Below are positions 1 to 13,382 of a stretch of DNA of 33,987 bases, in pieces (position 1 is the stretch's first letter; each line of letters starts with the position of its first letter). A program made the position numbers and the translations under genes. Source of the stretch: Spongospora subterranea f. sp. subterranea (taxonomy: Eukaryota). The notes under the pieces are model-generated. The model worked only from the letters and a program-made list of their open reading frames with translations. It did no database searches and had not been told where the DNA came from. Location of the stretch: the NCBI GenBank assembly GCA_049724395.1, contig JAUGWO010000070.1, positions 186,001 through 219,987 of the forward strand, read 5' to 3'.

Positions 1-1476
1 ATGATGTGCATCGCTGGCCGACCATGGCCTTGGATTAGAAACAGTACTCCGATCGTGTAAGCCACGCCACCTTGCAAAAGCAAAAATAACGCTGGTTCGG
101 GAATCAGCTTTGATTGTATAACCGGGATTGCTGCAACAACCTAAGGAGCGTCAGCGAAAATTAGCAGATAATTGTCAACTGTGGTCAACTTACACACATC
201 CACCCCATTGTCAGATAAAGCGTCGTCGAAATCTACAACGGTGAATCAGAAAACGTGAAGGTAAAACTAACAGTAATTAATGATTGGCGTACGACAGTAA
301 AATGCTTGTGTGTTCGCATAAACGTGGAGAAATATAGCCCAAAACAAGCTAATAGCCAGATAGCGAGCAGCATCGGTTGGGCGATTTCTGGGCGCATTTC
401 AAGCGATATCACCAGAAACGGGGTATATGTTCCAGCAATCAGAGTGAACACGCTTCCGTGGTCGAGATATTTGAACAACGACTTGGCAGCTCGTAGTTTG
501 AACAAGCTGTGATACAATGTAGAGCTGAGGTACGTCAGACAAAGCGCAAACGTATAGGGTGCAGTGCCGAGGAGCGGGCGCCAGTTTGGCGACAGCAACG
601 CCTTCTTAATCAGTATCCACGAGCACATTATTGCGACGATGAAGCCGATGCCATGGGTGATGGAATTGATAACTTCATGAACGTAGAGATTGCTCTCGCA
701 ATCAACTGTAGGCGATGGTGCAGATGAGTGTTTCTGCAGTTCTCGCACAGAATCAGAAATACCTGTGATGGCCGTATCGCATTCTTGAATGGCAGTTACG
801 ATGGACTCCCCTAATTGGTTTGATGAGACATCGAGGTTCTTTAGCGTTGAGTTACATTTAAGAATTGCTGAACCATTATAGCAATCAGGGGCGATGTGAT
901 GTCAATGGATACAATGCGGGTACAAAGGATTCGGTCTTTGACTGAATGGCCTAACGAGCACCGCCGAAAATTCACCGACACCAAAGGGCATTTGGGATCG
1001 CTAAGATAATCGAGTAGAGGGAATATTGCAGGGGAACCGATACGACATCCCTAAAACTCACAGCATTTTAAACAAACGCCCATTAGAGCCGAGCAGCGTA
1101 TACTTCAAGGTTCAACAGCACCAGGTTGGGGAGCAGTGAGAGGCAGTCGACCAGCAGGATGACACCCGCTCGGGACAGCCTGGAGCGCGGAAGATGCAGT
1201 TCTTTCAGGTGGGGACACCTCTCCAGAACAACGTTCAGCGGGAGCATATCGATAGCCTGGATCGGTTTATCCACCACCATGATTTCGCAATGGAACTTCA
1301 GCGCCGCACAGATCCCTGATGGGAAAAAAGACGGTGAATTGCCGGCAATTCACGAAACGCTGATAGAATCGCCTCGACTGACCAGCATCTGCAGCCGTAT
1401 TTAACCGTTGGCATTCGTAAACGTAAAGATCAAGATTCGCCGTCGATGACGTCGTTGTTGACAGAAGTTTGGTCAT
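1..1476 (-). CDS. Spliced gene: N-terminal RNI-like leucine-rich repeats fused to a haemolysin-III/PAQR multi-TM domain; 3' end runs off the window
   Basis: GT-AG introns (e.g. 1382-1316) join MTKLL..ADAG|ICAALKF..LKELHLPRSRLS..LVLLNLE|GCRIG..VNFRRCSLG..|ILKCNSTLKNLDVSSNQLG in frame with EVINSITHGIG..SSTLYH..LDHGSVFTLIAGTYTP..LYLTMGW..GGVAYTIG..HII, which are the HlyIII motifs. Confidence 0.8.
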
Positions 1477-1729
1477 GTTGGACAGTTCTGAGGTGGGATG
1501 CGTGCCCCCCTACCTAGACCAGATGGCACGGGAATACCCGGATTGCTGAGGGTTTTGCGCTGTTTTTCAGACCAGCTCTAGTGTAGCGCCAGGATCCCCG
1601 TAACGAGATTCGCCCCATGCAGTTCGTGTAGCGGCGAGGGCAGCACATGTTCCCGCCGTAGGCGGAGCCTGGAATATGGGCCGCGTTTTCCAGGCCCGGC
1701 GATGGTGTTGGAGGGGGTGGGGGGAATGA

Positions 1730-2833
1730 CTATCGACAGATTTCGTGTATAAAATTTGATACGTTGTCGATGATTTGTTGTTGCGTTGAACTGTGGGGTC
1801 GACCCCGAGTGGTATACTGGCTCTTTACGGTGGTTAGTAGCGAACCAGCCAGTATCGCCCCTGCATTTACCCAGCCGTCAATGCCTTGGTCGTTATTGAT
1901 GTTTCTCTCCAAGCATTTGGAGAGATTTTCACAGATCAGATCAAGGACGGAGAGTTTGACGACAAAAGGCAGCACATCAGTTCTGTTGACATAAACTGCT
2001 ACAGCGTTTATCACAGGAACAACAAATATTGGGGAGCATAAGTCAAGGATCATCATTGTAGATTTCAGGATATCAGACGCGTGATCAACAAATATCTCTC
2101 CACACGAAGGAAGACAGGGTTCACGACGCAGCGCCTCGGAAAGGAGCGAGCACGATAACACGGCAACCTTTTCGCTATCGAATTCACCAGCGCAAAGGGC
2201 GTCGATTACGAGCGGGATGAGCTCCTGTTGGGACACGATCATGTTCGAGATCGCATTGGCGACTTGATCCTTGGGCCAGGTCGCCAGCCGTATCAGACAA
2301 TGCAGTACAGGAGAGGAGACGGCGTCTCGCCCATCGTGCAGATGAACGATGAGGGATTGGCCCAAGATGTGAGCCAGGTCGAGAAGAGATTGGAGCCGAT
2401 GATGATGATCTTGAGAATGCCATAGTAAACATGATAATAGATCGGCCGCCTCCTCCATCAATCTGTCGCCGGTGCAGGTCCCAACGATATGGGCCAATCG
2501 CAGCAGAAACCTCGGGGCTAGAAGGCATTCGGGCAACGGCTCTGACACATGGTTCGATATCAATCGAAGAACGACCTCGACCACGTGAACGCGGTCCGAT
2601 TGGATTAGGGGGGCGATCAGCGTCATTCGGATCGGGACACCATGGCCGGATGCGGCTTCGATCACCTCCAGACATGGCAGAATATCGCCATGATCGACGT
2701 CCTGCAGAGCGGCATACGACTTGTTCACTGGGGTCGACTCACGATGACCATCGTCGGCCTCATTATTGCACCCGTTGCGTCTTTCGCCGAAAATCATCTC
2801 TGATATTAGCGCCATCCTGGGCTGGCTGCGCAT
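1730..2833 (-). CDS. Leu/Val-rich alpha-helical (ARM/HEAT-like) protein, function unknown
   Basis: 367-aa uninterrupted ORF with amphipathic helical repeats (e.g. LIPLVIDAL, VLDLICENL); a further 3' exon is possible. Confidence 0.55.
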   Translation of the reverse strand: MRSQPRMALISEMIFGERRNGCNNEADDGHRESTPVNKSYAALQDVDHGDILPCLEVIEAASGHGVPIRMTLIAPLIQSDRVHVVEVVLRLISNHVSEPLPECLLAPRFLLRLAHIVGTCTGDRLMEEAADLLSCLLWHSQDHHHRLQSLLDLAHILGQSLIVHLHDGRDAVSSPVLHCLIRLATWPKDQVANAISNMIVSQQELIPLVIDALCAGEFDSEKVAVLSCSLLSEALRREPCLPSCGEIFVDHASDILKSTMMILDLCSPIFVVPVINAVAVYVNRTDVLPFVVKLSVLDLICENLSKCLERNINNDQGIDGWVNAGAILAGSLLTTVKSQYTTRGRPHSSTQQQIIDNVSNFIHEICR

Positions 2834-3093
2834 TTAATTCATCTTGGCCAGAAAACGCCATCTCCTCACAGATATTCCATCGGTCCTGTGTGGTTGATGT
2901 TTGGTGACCAGTTTCTAACCGAAACTTGACAGAAAAGATATTTTTGTGCATTTTGTATCCGCCTTTGATCGTGCAGTTGATGCTGTGGCATTTGATTTTC
3001 GCCAAAACGCGAAGATATATAAACAACATTTGTTCAGACTGTTTGATACACAAATTAAGGTTTTATTACAGAGTTATCGGTCGAGAGTCCTGA

Positions 3094-4084
<991 letters not shown>

Positions 4085-4840
4085 GTGATCACCTGACCGG
4101 CTATTAGCGCGAGATCAAGTCCGAACGGTGGCGTTACGCGGCCCGGAGGATGCAAGCATGGCCAAGTGTATACACAGAGTGGTACAGTGGCGCTATATAC
4201 AGTACCTGTGACCTGCGCTCACTGCCGTTGGCTACCAGTCGTTTTATGACACAAGTGAACCCTGGGGCTGGCTGGACGCTGCTGTAACATATGGCGTTAA
4301 CATGCCAATAATATCGCTCGAGTTTCGGTCGTACAACACGTACACCTGATCATCAATGGTGTAACGTAGGTTGTTGCTGTAGCAATTAGCTGTGAGGTCC
4401 AGATGGCGCCTTAGTCGGGTCGCCGTCGTAAATTTGTTTTGATCAAGCATTCTGCTGCCGTTTCCTTGTCTGGAGGCTCAATACATTAAATAAAATTTGA
4501 TTGACTGTTGGCTTCTTCCCAAATTGTAGGGGTTCACCACCAATTGTTTTAGTTAATTCAGAATGTAATGGGGAATCGCTGCCTTTCAACTGGACGTCTT
4601 TCGCCTTCCGCCCTTGTCCACATACATCCCTGTGTGTTATTCACGTGCACTGTAGCTACATCAGAAGCGGTAACCCAAATATACTGTCTGTAGTCCAGTT
4701 AACGATAACGAGTCTCATGTTCCCTTGATCATGTCGCAGTGTCAAACAATAGCTCTTCTCTTAGGTCATGCACGATACGTCAGTCTAATTAATGTGTTGT
4801 ATTGTAAAGGAGTATGTTTATTTTAAGGAAAAGATTGAGA

Positions 4841-7800
4841 TCAGAGGTCTCGGATGATCGAGCTCTGTCTTAACCGTCGCCTGACATAACGAGGCATGAA
4901 CCTTCTATCTGAATCGCCCGTTGATGCTGCAACTTCACGCCCGGTAGTGTTTGAGGGATGTCGCTGAGAAGACTTTGGCGGGGGTTGCTCTTCATTGGCA
5001 TATGCTAGCGAGCGATGAGATGGCAAAGGCGATGATTGAGGCGCCATGATGGGAGGGTGATTAGATGGGGGAGACGCCTCTAGACCAGCTCCTCTCAACA
5101 ATCGATTCGTTAACGGGGATGATTCCGGTCTCTAGTGACGCCCATCAGATATGAGCCGTGGTCATTAACAGCCTTGATTACCTTAATCGATGACGGAGGG
5201 GATATTTGGTATGCCTCTGATATTATCGAAGGCAATCTGGTTACGGTCCCGGTCCCAGATACAGATGCCCTCCCTTTTAGCTGGATATGTTTATTACGAC
5301 CGCTATCCACATCGTCGACAACAATGAACGTTTTACTCTTCAGAGACGTGAAATCGTTTGGAGAGAAGTTATCTTCAGTATTGACGTTCAGACGAATCGA
5401 TCGCGGAACTACAAATTTAGCTTAAGAGAACCTCTAATCAATACTTGATGATAACCAACAACCTTTAGTTTTAGGCATTTCCTGAATTACCATAGATGGC
5501 GCATCAAACGTACGAGCGAGACCAACGATCACAGGGGCTGTCTACAGTAGGGAATTAGCAATCAGAGGTAATAAGGTGACAGGTCTCGTACAGTTAATGC
5601 CTCTCTAGTGCCGCGAGTTCGAACTGGATCGGTGGTCATAGCAATATCAACCATTGAGGGGCTTGCTGAACTGGATCGGCTCATCAAATCCCTGAATCGC
5701 CGCCATTCCTCTTCAGCCATTAGATCCAGCTCCAGTTGCCTCTGTCCGCTCATCTTCCTCTCTCTGATTAAAATGCGCTCGCAAACGATTCGCTCTCGTT
5801 CCAACACGACTCGATGTTCATCACTAGTTGATATATCGCTGATAATCTGTTGAAGCGCCTTGACGGCGATCGCCTCTAATTTCAACAACATGCTCTTTTG
5901 AGTTTGGTATTGTTCCGATTCAGCTGTGAGCTGGACCAACTGTTGATTCTCTTTTCCAAGTTCATCGCTCACAGCCTGATTATCCAGCTCTGTATAGTGT
6001 TTAGCTAATCTTAACCCATTAACTGCCTCCTGCATAGTTCGCAGATAAGAATCTGCATAGGATATCGCTCCCAATATCTTATCCATCTTAACCGTCTCTC
6101 GATCCGCTGACATCCTCTCCTCCCGAATCAAACCTTCAACTGTTAAAGCCCAGTCCTCTTTTTCAGTATTGTATTGATGTCGAGCTTGATCCATATCCAT
6201 CACCATCTGCCAATCTGGTCAAAACCAATTCCTGAATGGTTATCATCCCCTTACCTGGTCATGCTCGCTCTGCCCATCGGCAATCGCCATCTCAATGTTT
6301 AGTATTCGCGATTGATACGCTATTCGTGCTGTCGCTAAGTTGTTTTCAAGTGATCGAAGTTTTGCCAGAACAGGGGGTAACGCGCTTTGAATATTACCAT
6401 ATTCTATAGCAATATCGTGGCACAATTTTTCCTGTTCTTTATCCCGACCAATGACTGCTTTAGATACCGCCTGAATCTGCCCGATCTCATCATGCGCTTG
6501 ACGTAAACTGGCTATCGCTAGATCCACCTTGATGTCCCATTCCTGACGTTGATTTACCAGCTCCTCAATCTGTCTGGAGATATCGTAGGAGTAGGTGGTG
6601 TCGGCTTTCACCCTGGTCTCATAATCGATCCGCTCAGCATCTAATTCGATCCTGGAGCTCCTTCGTTGCTTTTAGGAGCTGATTGTACTCTGCGTCGTCC
6701 TGATCGGCGAGAATTCTCTCGTGGTGATATTGTCCCTGAACCCTATCCAGGAGTTGCTGCTCATGGGCCATCTGCTGTTCGAGTTCATTATACCGTTTAA
6801 CGACCTGTTCATATTCTAACGCCAATCTGCTTTCCAACATCACAGATGATGATAGATCCTGCTCTAGATGACCTCTCTCTAGATCGTTTATCCCAATCTC
6901 GTATAAGTTCTCGTCCATCTCCTCGATCAGAGTTTGATACTGTTCCCCAATATAATACAGGTCCTTGTTCAGTGATTCGTATTCCTGTTCAGCCACCGAT
7001 ACGTAATCACTGATGCCGATCAGCTGCTGACGATGTGAATCTAGAGTCGAAGCCAGGTCAGCTAATCTCTCCTGGCATTGCCCTTGCTTATGGTATTCGC
7101 TGATCAGATTCCCATATGTGATCGATAGCCCGTTCTCCTGCACACGTATAGATTCAGCCAGATCCTGGTTATGGCGTTGTTGACCAGTAATCATGACTAG
7201 ATTATCCCCAGCGATCCGCTTCTCGTTCACCTAAACCTCAATCAATATCGTGATCACGTTTTTTGTATTGGGGATATCCACCTCGCTATCCGATAGACGA
7301 GCTAATATGTGCTCAGACCTCTTCACAGTTTTAACTCGATCCTCTTTGGATTTCGCCTCGGATTCAATAACCGCTTTGAGTTCAGCCCATCTGACCTTAT
7401 CAATCTCTAGCGACGGTGCAACAGCGATATATCGTATATTGAGATCAGCAATTGTGGCATTGAGTTTATCCCTGATCATATCGAGATCTATCTCTTGCTG
7501 TCCTAACCTCTCCAATTCATTCTCTAAGATTTGTATCTGACCTGATCATTTCATTTCAGCCTCCATCCCCATTGTCCATTTTCGTCCAATCAGATTACCT
7601 GTATTGTTCATGTATTCCCGTTCTAATCGCTCTATCTCCCCCTTATACCACACTGTTGTCTGTCGCCAATCCGTCTCTTCGCCCTCCAGCCTCCCGCCTT
7701 GCTCCCCCAACTCTTTGTTTTGTTCCATGAGCAGCGCCGCTCGTTCCTCCATCTCCTCCACATCACATTCCATATGATTCCCTGCCTTGATCAGCGCCCT

Positions 7801-8349
7801 CCTCTCCTCCAGCTCCCTCGCCTTCTCTTCCAGCACCGCTTCTCTCGCCTCCACCTGCTCGCATCGTTCATCCAGCAGCTGTCGCCTGTTTCCTTCAATC
7901 TCACCATCCCCATCATTGATCGCCTTAATTGCGGTCTCATATCGACATCGATCGCCGCTCTCAATGGATTGTAAATACATATTCCATAAAGCGGCGATCA
8001 TTTCCGAGGGTTGTGGATAATGTCTTACGAGCTGTGTCAATAGCTCATGAACTCCAAACGAATATATGAAAATGGCTTTGATCAGGCGATTGACCAGACG
8101 TTGATCAAGATGATATTCCTTCAATAATGTTGACCGGCTAATATCGATATAATCAAATGTGCTCAAAGACTGCTGATCATCGCCCATTCTTTGAATCATC
8201 TCGTCAACCCATTCCTCGGCCAATAATATGTCGGCGCCCCTCGTTCCTTCAATCTCATCGATGATCTCACGGGCTCGCCCGATTGGGTTCTTGCCAGGCC
8301 CAGGCCGATGTGTTTGTTCATACAATGATTCAGGTGAATCGTCATTCAT
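4841..8349 (-). CDS. Large multi-exon coiled-coil protein, possibly cytoskeletal or flagellar
   Basis: Run of minus-strand E/Q/L/R-rich heptad ORFs (7546-8349, 7231-7515, 6634-7230, 6243-6611, 5562-6206) separated by intron-sized gaps; the low-complexity exons at 4841-5420 are tentative. Confidence 0.7.
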
Positions 8350-9323
8350 TCCCAACACAATAATCGGTCTGAAGTAATTATTGTCTCAATCCGCCTACCC
8401 CATGATCCATATCTAATCCAGCACACCGTTCGTTGATACACCATAACTATAGGCGGGTGAGAGATAACCACGAATATGGACTGGGGACGATAATCAGACC
8501 GATATACAAATAATTACGACATCGTCTCCTCGAGAACCAATTGCGATAACTTTCATCTCTGAAAAACAATGATAATGCATCTGTTAACTGATGGAAGTTT
8601 CAGCAAATCCAATGCGCGTTAGCGACACCAATGCAGGGCCGAAGTACACATCAAATTTAGGAGAAGATGGATGGGAAGAGTAAATAAAATTAGTCACGCG
8701 CGCCTTTATTAATTTATCGTGTTCACCCAAAATTCAGCTCGAACTGTTCAGGAAATTGAGTTGGGGTCGTGGGAACCAGTGTGGGGTTTAGATCGACCAC
8801 ATTAAACTGTTATCGCTCCGTATTAAACAACGAGAACGGGGTCAACATCGACCATGATCATTTCTGAGATGGAAACATTTGTACCGATAGCTCATACAAA
8901 GCCGCGCCCGAACACAATAGGGTTGGTCAAACTGGAGCGGTTTCGGAATGATTGCACAAAACTGACGGTCAACAACTACTGTGTTGGGGAACCGGTCGAG
9001 GTGGCGTCAGATCAAAAATATTTGACCCATTGTCATCATCGCTCATATCTCATCAATTGCTCATACCGCACACACAAACGCTATCGAACCCCCCTTCGCC
9101 TCCTCTCATCCTGTGTTCCACAGCGTCGATAGGTTGAGGAATCGCCCCCTTCGGTGTGTGTCCAACCGATCAAATGGGGTCTTCTAAGTCAGTCGGGCGG
9201 TCGGGTGTTTTGTTCTTTGGGAAAGGCGGGGCGGGGAGAGTGGGGATCGACCTGACCGTACTGACCCCGATTAGGGGACTGTGGCGATAATCCCATATCG
9301 GGCCATTGTTTGTGGCGACCTCG

Positions 9324-10194
9324 ATGCCATCTCTATTCCAGAAGAACCGGGCAACGGCGGCCGAGATCCTCGAGATCCAGCTCACCTCCAACCCGTATCA
9401 CCCGTTCCGTTATGATGAATACAATGGCGGTAAGATCAGGGATCTTCTGCCCCAGCACGATCCATGATCGCCGACTCCGTTCGCCTCCATCATCCCCATC
9501 GTATATCGAGGGGAGGGGAGGTCGGCGGTGGAATCCGTTCCCCATTCGCTCACATATTCCTCTCAGTATTGACCTATCGAACCCGTTTCCTGCGGTTCTG
9601 GGTCGGGTTGGTCGGCCTGATCGTGGGTCTGATCATGGCGTTGATCATGATCGTAATCCATCAATGGCACACTGTACGTTCTCCGAATCCCTCCCCGCCT
9701 TCCCCCTCGCCGGATTCCTGACCGTGCTCTCCCCCATCTCCAGAGTAATTTCCTGTACAGCGTCCTGGCCGTGATCCTATCGATGTTCATCTGTTTGACC
9801 TATCGCCACCATTGTGTCTATATAATCGACCACAAACAGCAGATCTACCAGTTCCTCTACGGGAATCAGCTCGTTCACCAATCGAAACTGCACAATATCT
9901 GTATCCGATTGCGGAAGCGGATCGTGACCGGTCGCCCGTATTTCTTCCTGATCCTTTATGGACTGCACATGGACCGCCAGATCCTAACGGGGACCACCGT
10001 TCGCCGGATCGAGATGCGGAAACTCGGTCAGCGACTGGCCGACAATATCAACATCAATTACTTCGATGATGCGAATATATCTCAACACCGTAATCCGCCC
10101 CCTCCCCCTTGTTGTCAAGATTCCCATTTTCTGATCATCGCCACGAATTATGTTTTGTGTTTATGTAGATCGCGTGATTCATTATCGTGATTGA
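9324..10194 (+). CDS. TMEM249 (CATSPER-theta/DUF4579)-like two-TM protein, four exons
   Basis: Spliced model MPSLF..NPYHPFRY..|VLTYRTRFLRFWVGLVGLIVGLIM..|SNFLYSVLAVILSMF..HNICIRLRKR..YFFLILYGLHMDRQILTG..EMRKLGQRLADNININYFDDANISQH|HRVIHYRD*; the C-terminal motif resembles the TMEM249 family (recalled, not searched). Confidence 0.65.
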
Positions 10195-10228
10195 TCCGGA
10201 TCGTGGGGCGTCGCCCCGCCCTTCCCCC

Positions 10229-12485
10229 TTAGTCGCGTATCAGGTTGGGAAGACGACGAAGCAGATATCGTTGGTGTTGTTGCGGTGGCGGTGGCGGTGG
10301 GGCCATGCCCTGGTCCGGCTGCGGGTGCGCCGGCGTCAGCGGGTTCCGACAATCGGGCACTCGGCACTCCTGTTCGGAATGGCGACGACACGCTCCACAC
10401 GACGTACACCAATGCTGATCGTTCCTGAGCTCGCTCGTGCAGATCGTACAGGCCCAGGCGTCCTGGCCATCGTCGGCCTGGTTCAGCAGCTCGATGTCGT
10501 CGCCGTCGGCGCAGCGCCTGAGCAGTTCGCACGAGAAATGGTGAACGGCAGCCGCCAATCGGATCATCTCCTGAACGCGATCGTGACCGCCGTCGTCGCC
10601 CGATTCCTGGTCGTCGTTCGCGTCCGAGCTGACGATCGCTGCCTGCAGCTTCTCGGCCAGGCTCTCCAGGACGCCCTGCTGGTGCTCCAGCAGCCGTTTG
10701 GTCAGGTCGGATCGCATGTAGTATGACAGGCAGAACGTCCATCCGAGGTGGCGTCGGACGCCGATCAGCTGTTCCACGATCGATAACACCTTATCCAGAT
10801 CGTGAACAGCCCAACGATCAACGTATCGCCCGATCGGCGTTCCCCGTTCTAGTCGCTGATACAGTTTGGTCATCTCGGTCTCGGCCTGGCGTTGGTGGAT
10901 GTGCCGATTGTAATAAAACGTGTACTTCTGCATGTGATGGGTGGCGTTGGCCGCCGCCACCGCAGCATCGTCGTCCAGCACCTTCCCGGGATTCGCCTCG
11001 AACACATTGCACCGATAGAACCCGTATTTCTCCACATCGTGTTCCGACCACGCTTCTTTACTGATTCGCGGCAAGAAACACATCACGATCAGCGAACTGG
11101 GGCTGGCAATGGCGCCACGATTATCATACCAGAGCCAGCAGAAATGGAACGAGCAGTTCGAACAGACCATGTGATTACAGGCGCGATTCTTCTCGATTCG
11201 AATCTGAACGACGGGATGAGATCGGGACGGCGATGACGGGGATGGCCAGATCACCTTGCATTTAGGGCATTGTTTGGTTCGCGACGTGATCCATAGATCG
11301 GTCTCGGAATCGCTACTGGTCCGATCGAGCCACTTCCTGACCAGATCGCATGGCGCCGGGCGATGATCGTCCAGACCGCAACCTGAGATCGTCCACGACG
11401 CAAAACGTTGGGCGACGAAGGGGCGCGCGAATTCCACGAGTGAGCGTTTTACCGAAACAATAGACGGATCGGCAGGAACAGGTGATGACCTGTTTGGGGT
11501 TGGAGCACTCGGCGATAGTGACGCACGACGGGCGATTACACCATCGCAGGGTTCTGGAACCTGAACACACCAGACAGATTCAACACAGCAGCCGCGCCCA
11601 AAAACGCTCATCCGAATTACAATCGATAAACCCGTCGATCATCCATTGTTTGTATTTGAGGGCCGACGCGGCGTCCAGGAATCGGAAGAAGATCGACGAC
11701 GGGACCTGATGACGAACACACAACGATCGATTAGCGGTCGTTGCGAGGGATTGTATCGCCATCTCGCCGGGTGCGGATGGCGACAACAACGTCATTGGCA
11801 CCTGCAGATGGCATTTGACGAGTCTCCCGTCGTTGGGGATATCGGCACCGGGACATTGGGTGTAGACCGAGAATCGCCCACGAGACATGGCCGATCGGAC
11901 CAGGGCGCGCCAACACCCATGGCAGAACAGATGGCCGCACGACAGGGCGATACAGTCGCCGCGATCGTGTTCGCCACAGAATGCGCTCCCGCACGAGACC
12001 AACGCCGTCGACGGGCTGCGATCGCGACGATCGTGGATCAACGGGACGCGATCGTGCAGGAACGCGTCCTGTAAAGCCGACGATCGCCAGCGGTATTCCC
12101 CTAGGAGACTCTCGGCCAGATCGGCGTCGATGGCGAGCGCGTCGGCGATGCGCGCGATGGCGTCGCGGCGACGGTGCTCGATCTGGGTCGTGGACAGGAG
12201 GCGATACGATTGGACGGTGATGAAATCGATATTGGGCCCTGGATAGTATTGTGGATATCCATGATGGAGTTCATCGCTTTTCCCCCATTCCTCGCCGTCG
12301 TTATCGATCGGGTCCGGGTCGATATCGCCATACACCTCCATTGGCCGATATCCTGTTTTTGTGAACAACCCAATCATGATCGCGTGCCATTCGTCAATAT
12401 TTGGATGACGAAAAATTCGCCAAGATGGGATTGGGTTGGAATATCCTATGGGGGAGGGGGATCTAGGAAAAACGCCAAATGCCAT
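10229..12485 (-). CDS. Ariadne-family RING-IBR-RING (RBR) E3 ubiquitin ligase with a C-terminal RanBP2-type zinc finger, spliced; start uncertain (possibly 12341)
   Basis: UBA-like segment AESLLGEYRW; RING1 CGHLFCHGCW..CP; IBR CxC..C..HRPAPC; RING2 TKQCPKCK|IEKNRACNHMVC..C..FCWL; Ariadne domain YTFYYNRH..RRHLGWTF..LLEHQQGVLE; WACTICT..WCTSCG. Confidence 0.85.
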
Positions 12486-13382
12486 CGTGAGTTCCTATTG
12501 TGAAACGGGCCATGGGCTACGTGTGGCCAGATCTATCGCCATCCCGTTCTGGTCGAACCTTGTGTCGGAAGATTCATCATATCCGTTAGATATGAAGACG
12601 ATCGGAGGAGCGGGTGGACGTGGATGAAAGCGCAGGAGGATGAACAACTGGGATCATGAACAGGATAGGGAGTCGCCCGTCAGTTTATCAAAACAAAGGG
12701 AGACGACCAAAACGAGCGACGCCCGGAATAAACTCACCAGGAACCAACGATCGATCATGATAAACCCATAAACAACAGATCGAAAACAACCGATCAACAC
12801 TATCACAATTAGCTGATTATGACCGTTTTGAGGTTTCGCAAAAAATCAACGCGATTTGAACCCCGTTGGTTTTATTTCTGAGCGGACAGGCACTGACACG
12901 ACAGGACGTTGGGCAGGCGCGCCGAACCCCCGGCGAGATCGGCTCACCATTGCCAGGAACAAAGTGTGACCGGAGGGGCCCGTTCACCCAACAATCGCTA
13001 ACATACACAACCCGACGAACATTGATATCGGCATGGGCCCAGCACGATCGACGATAACCCCTGTCGCTCAACACGAATTCCGACGACCCAAAAACCCACG
13101 TTTAGCCGAAATGTATCAGACGCCCGATGGCGATACGACGATTGGCCATCTCCTCCCACCGCCGCACCTTCACATCACTAATGTGCGCCACTCATAAACC
13201 AGTCACATGTATGTACAGTCCCCGTCAGCCCTCTACACATAAGTGCGAACTGCAGTGTCCGGTGAAGGTGTTCCGATATCGCTCATTGTGGACTGGGTTT
13301 CAAATCGCTATCCGATAAGGCGAGACGCCAGGGCGTTCGCCGTCGGCCCACGGGACGCTCGCCAATGACCGGACGAGCCCCG

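Noticed and set aside
8854..9190. 92-aa ORF upstream of the TMEM249-like gene
   Set aside because: No motif and no canonical splice path into the downstream frame
10182..12503. Many overlapping Arg-rich ORFs on both strands
   Set aside because: Shadow frames of the GC-rich Ariadne gene
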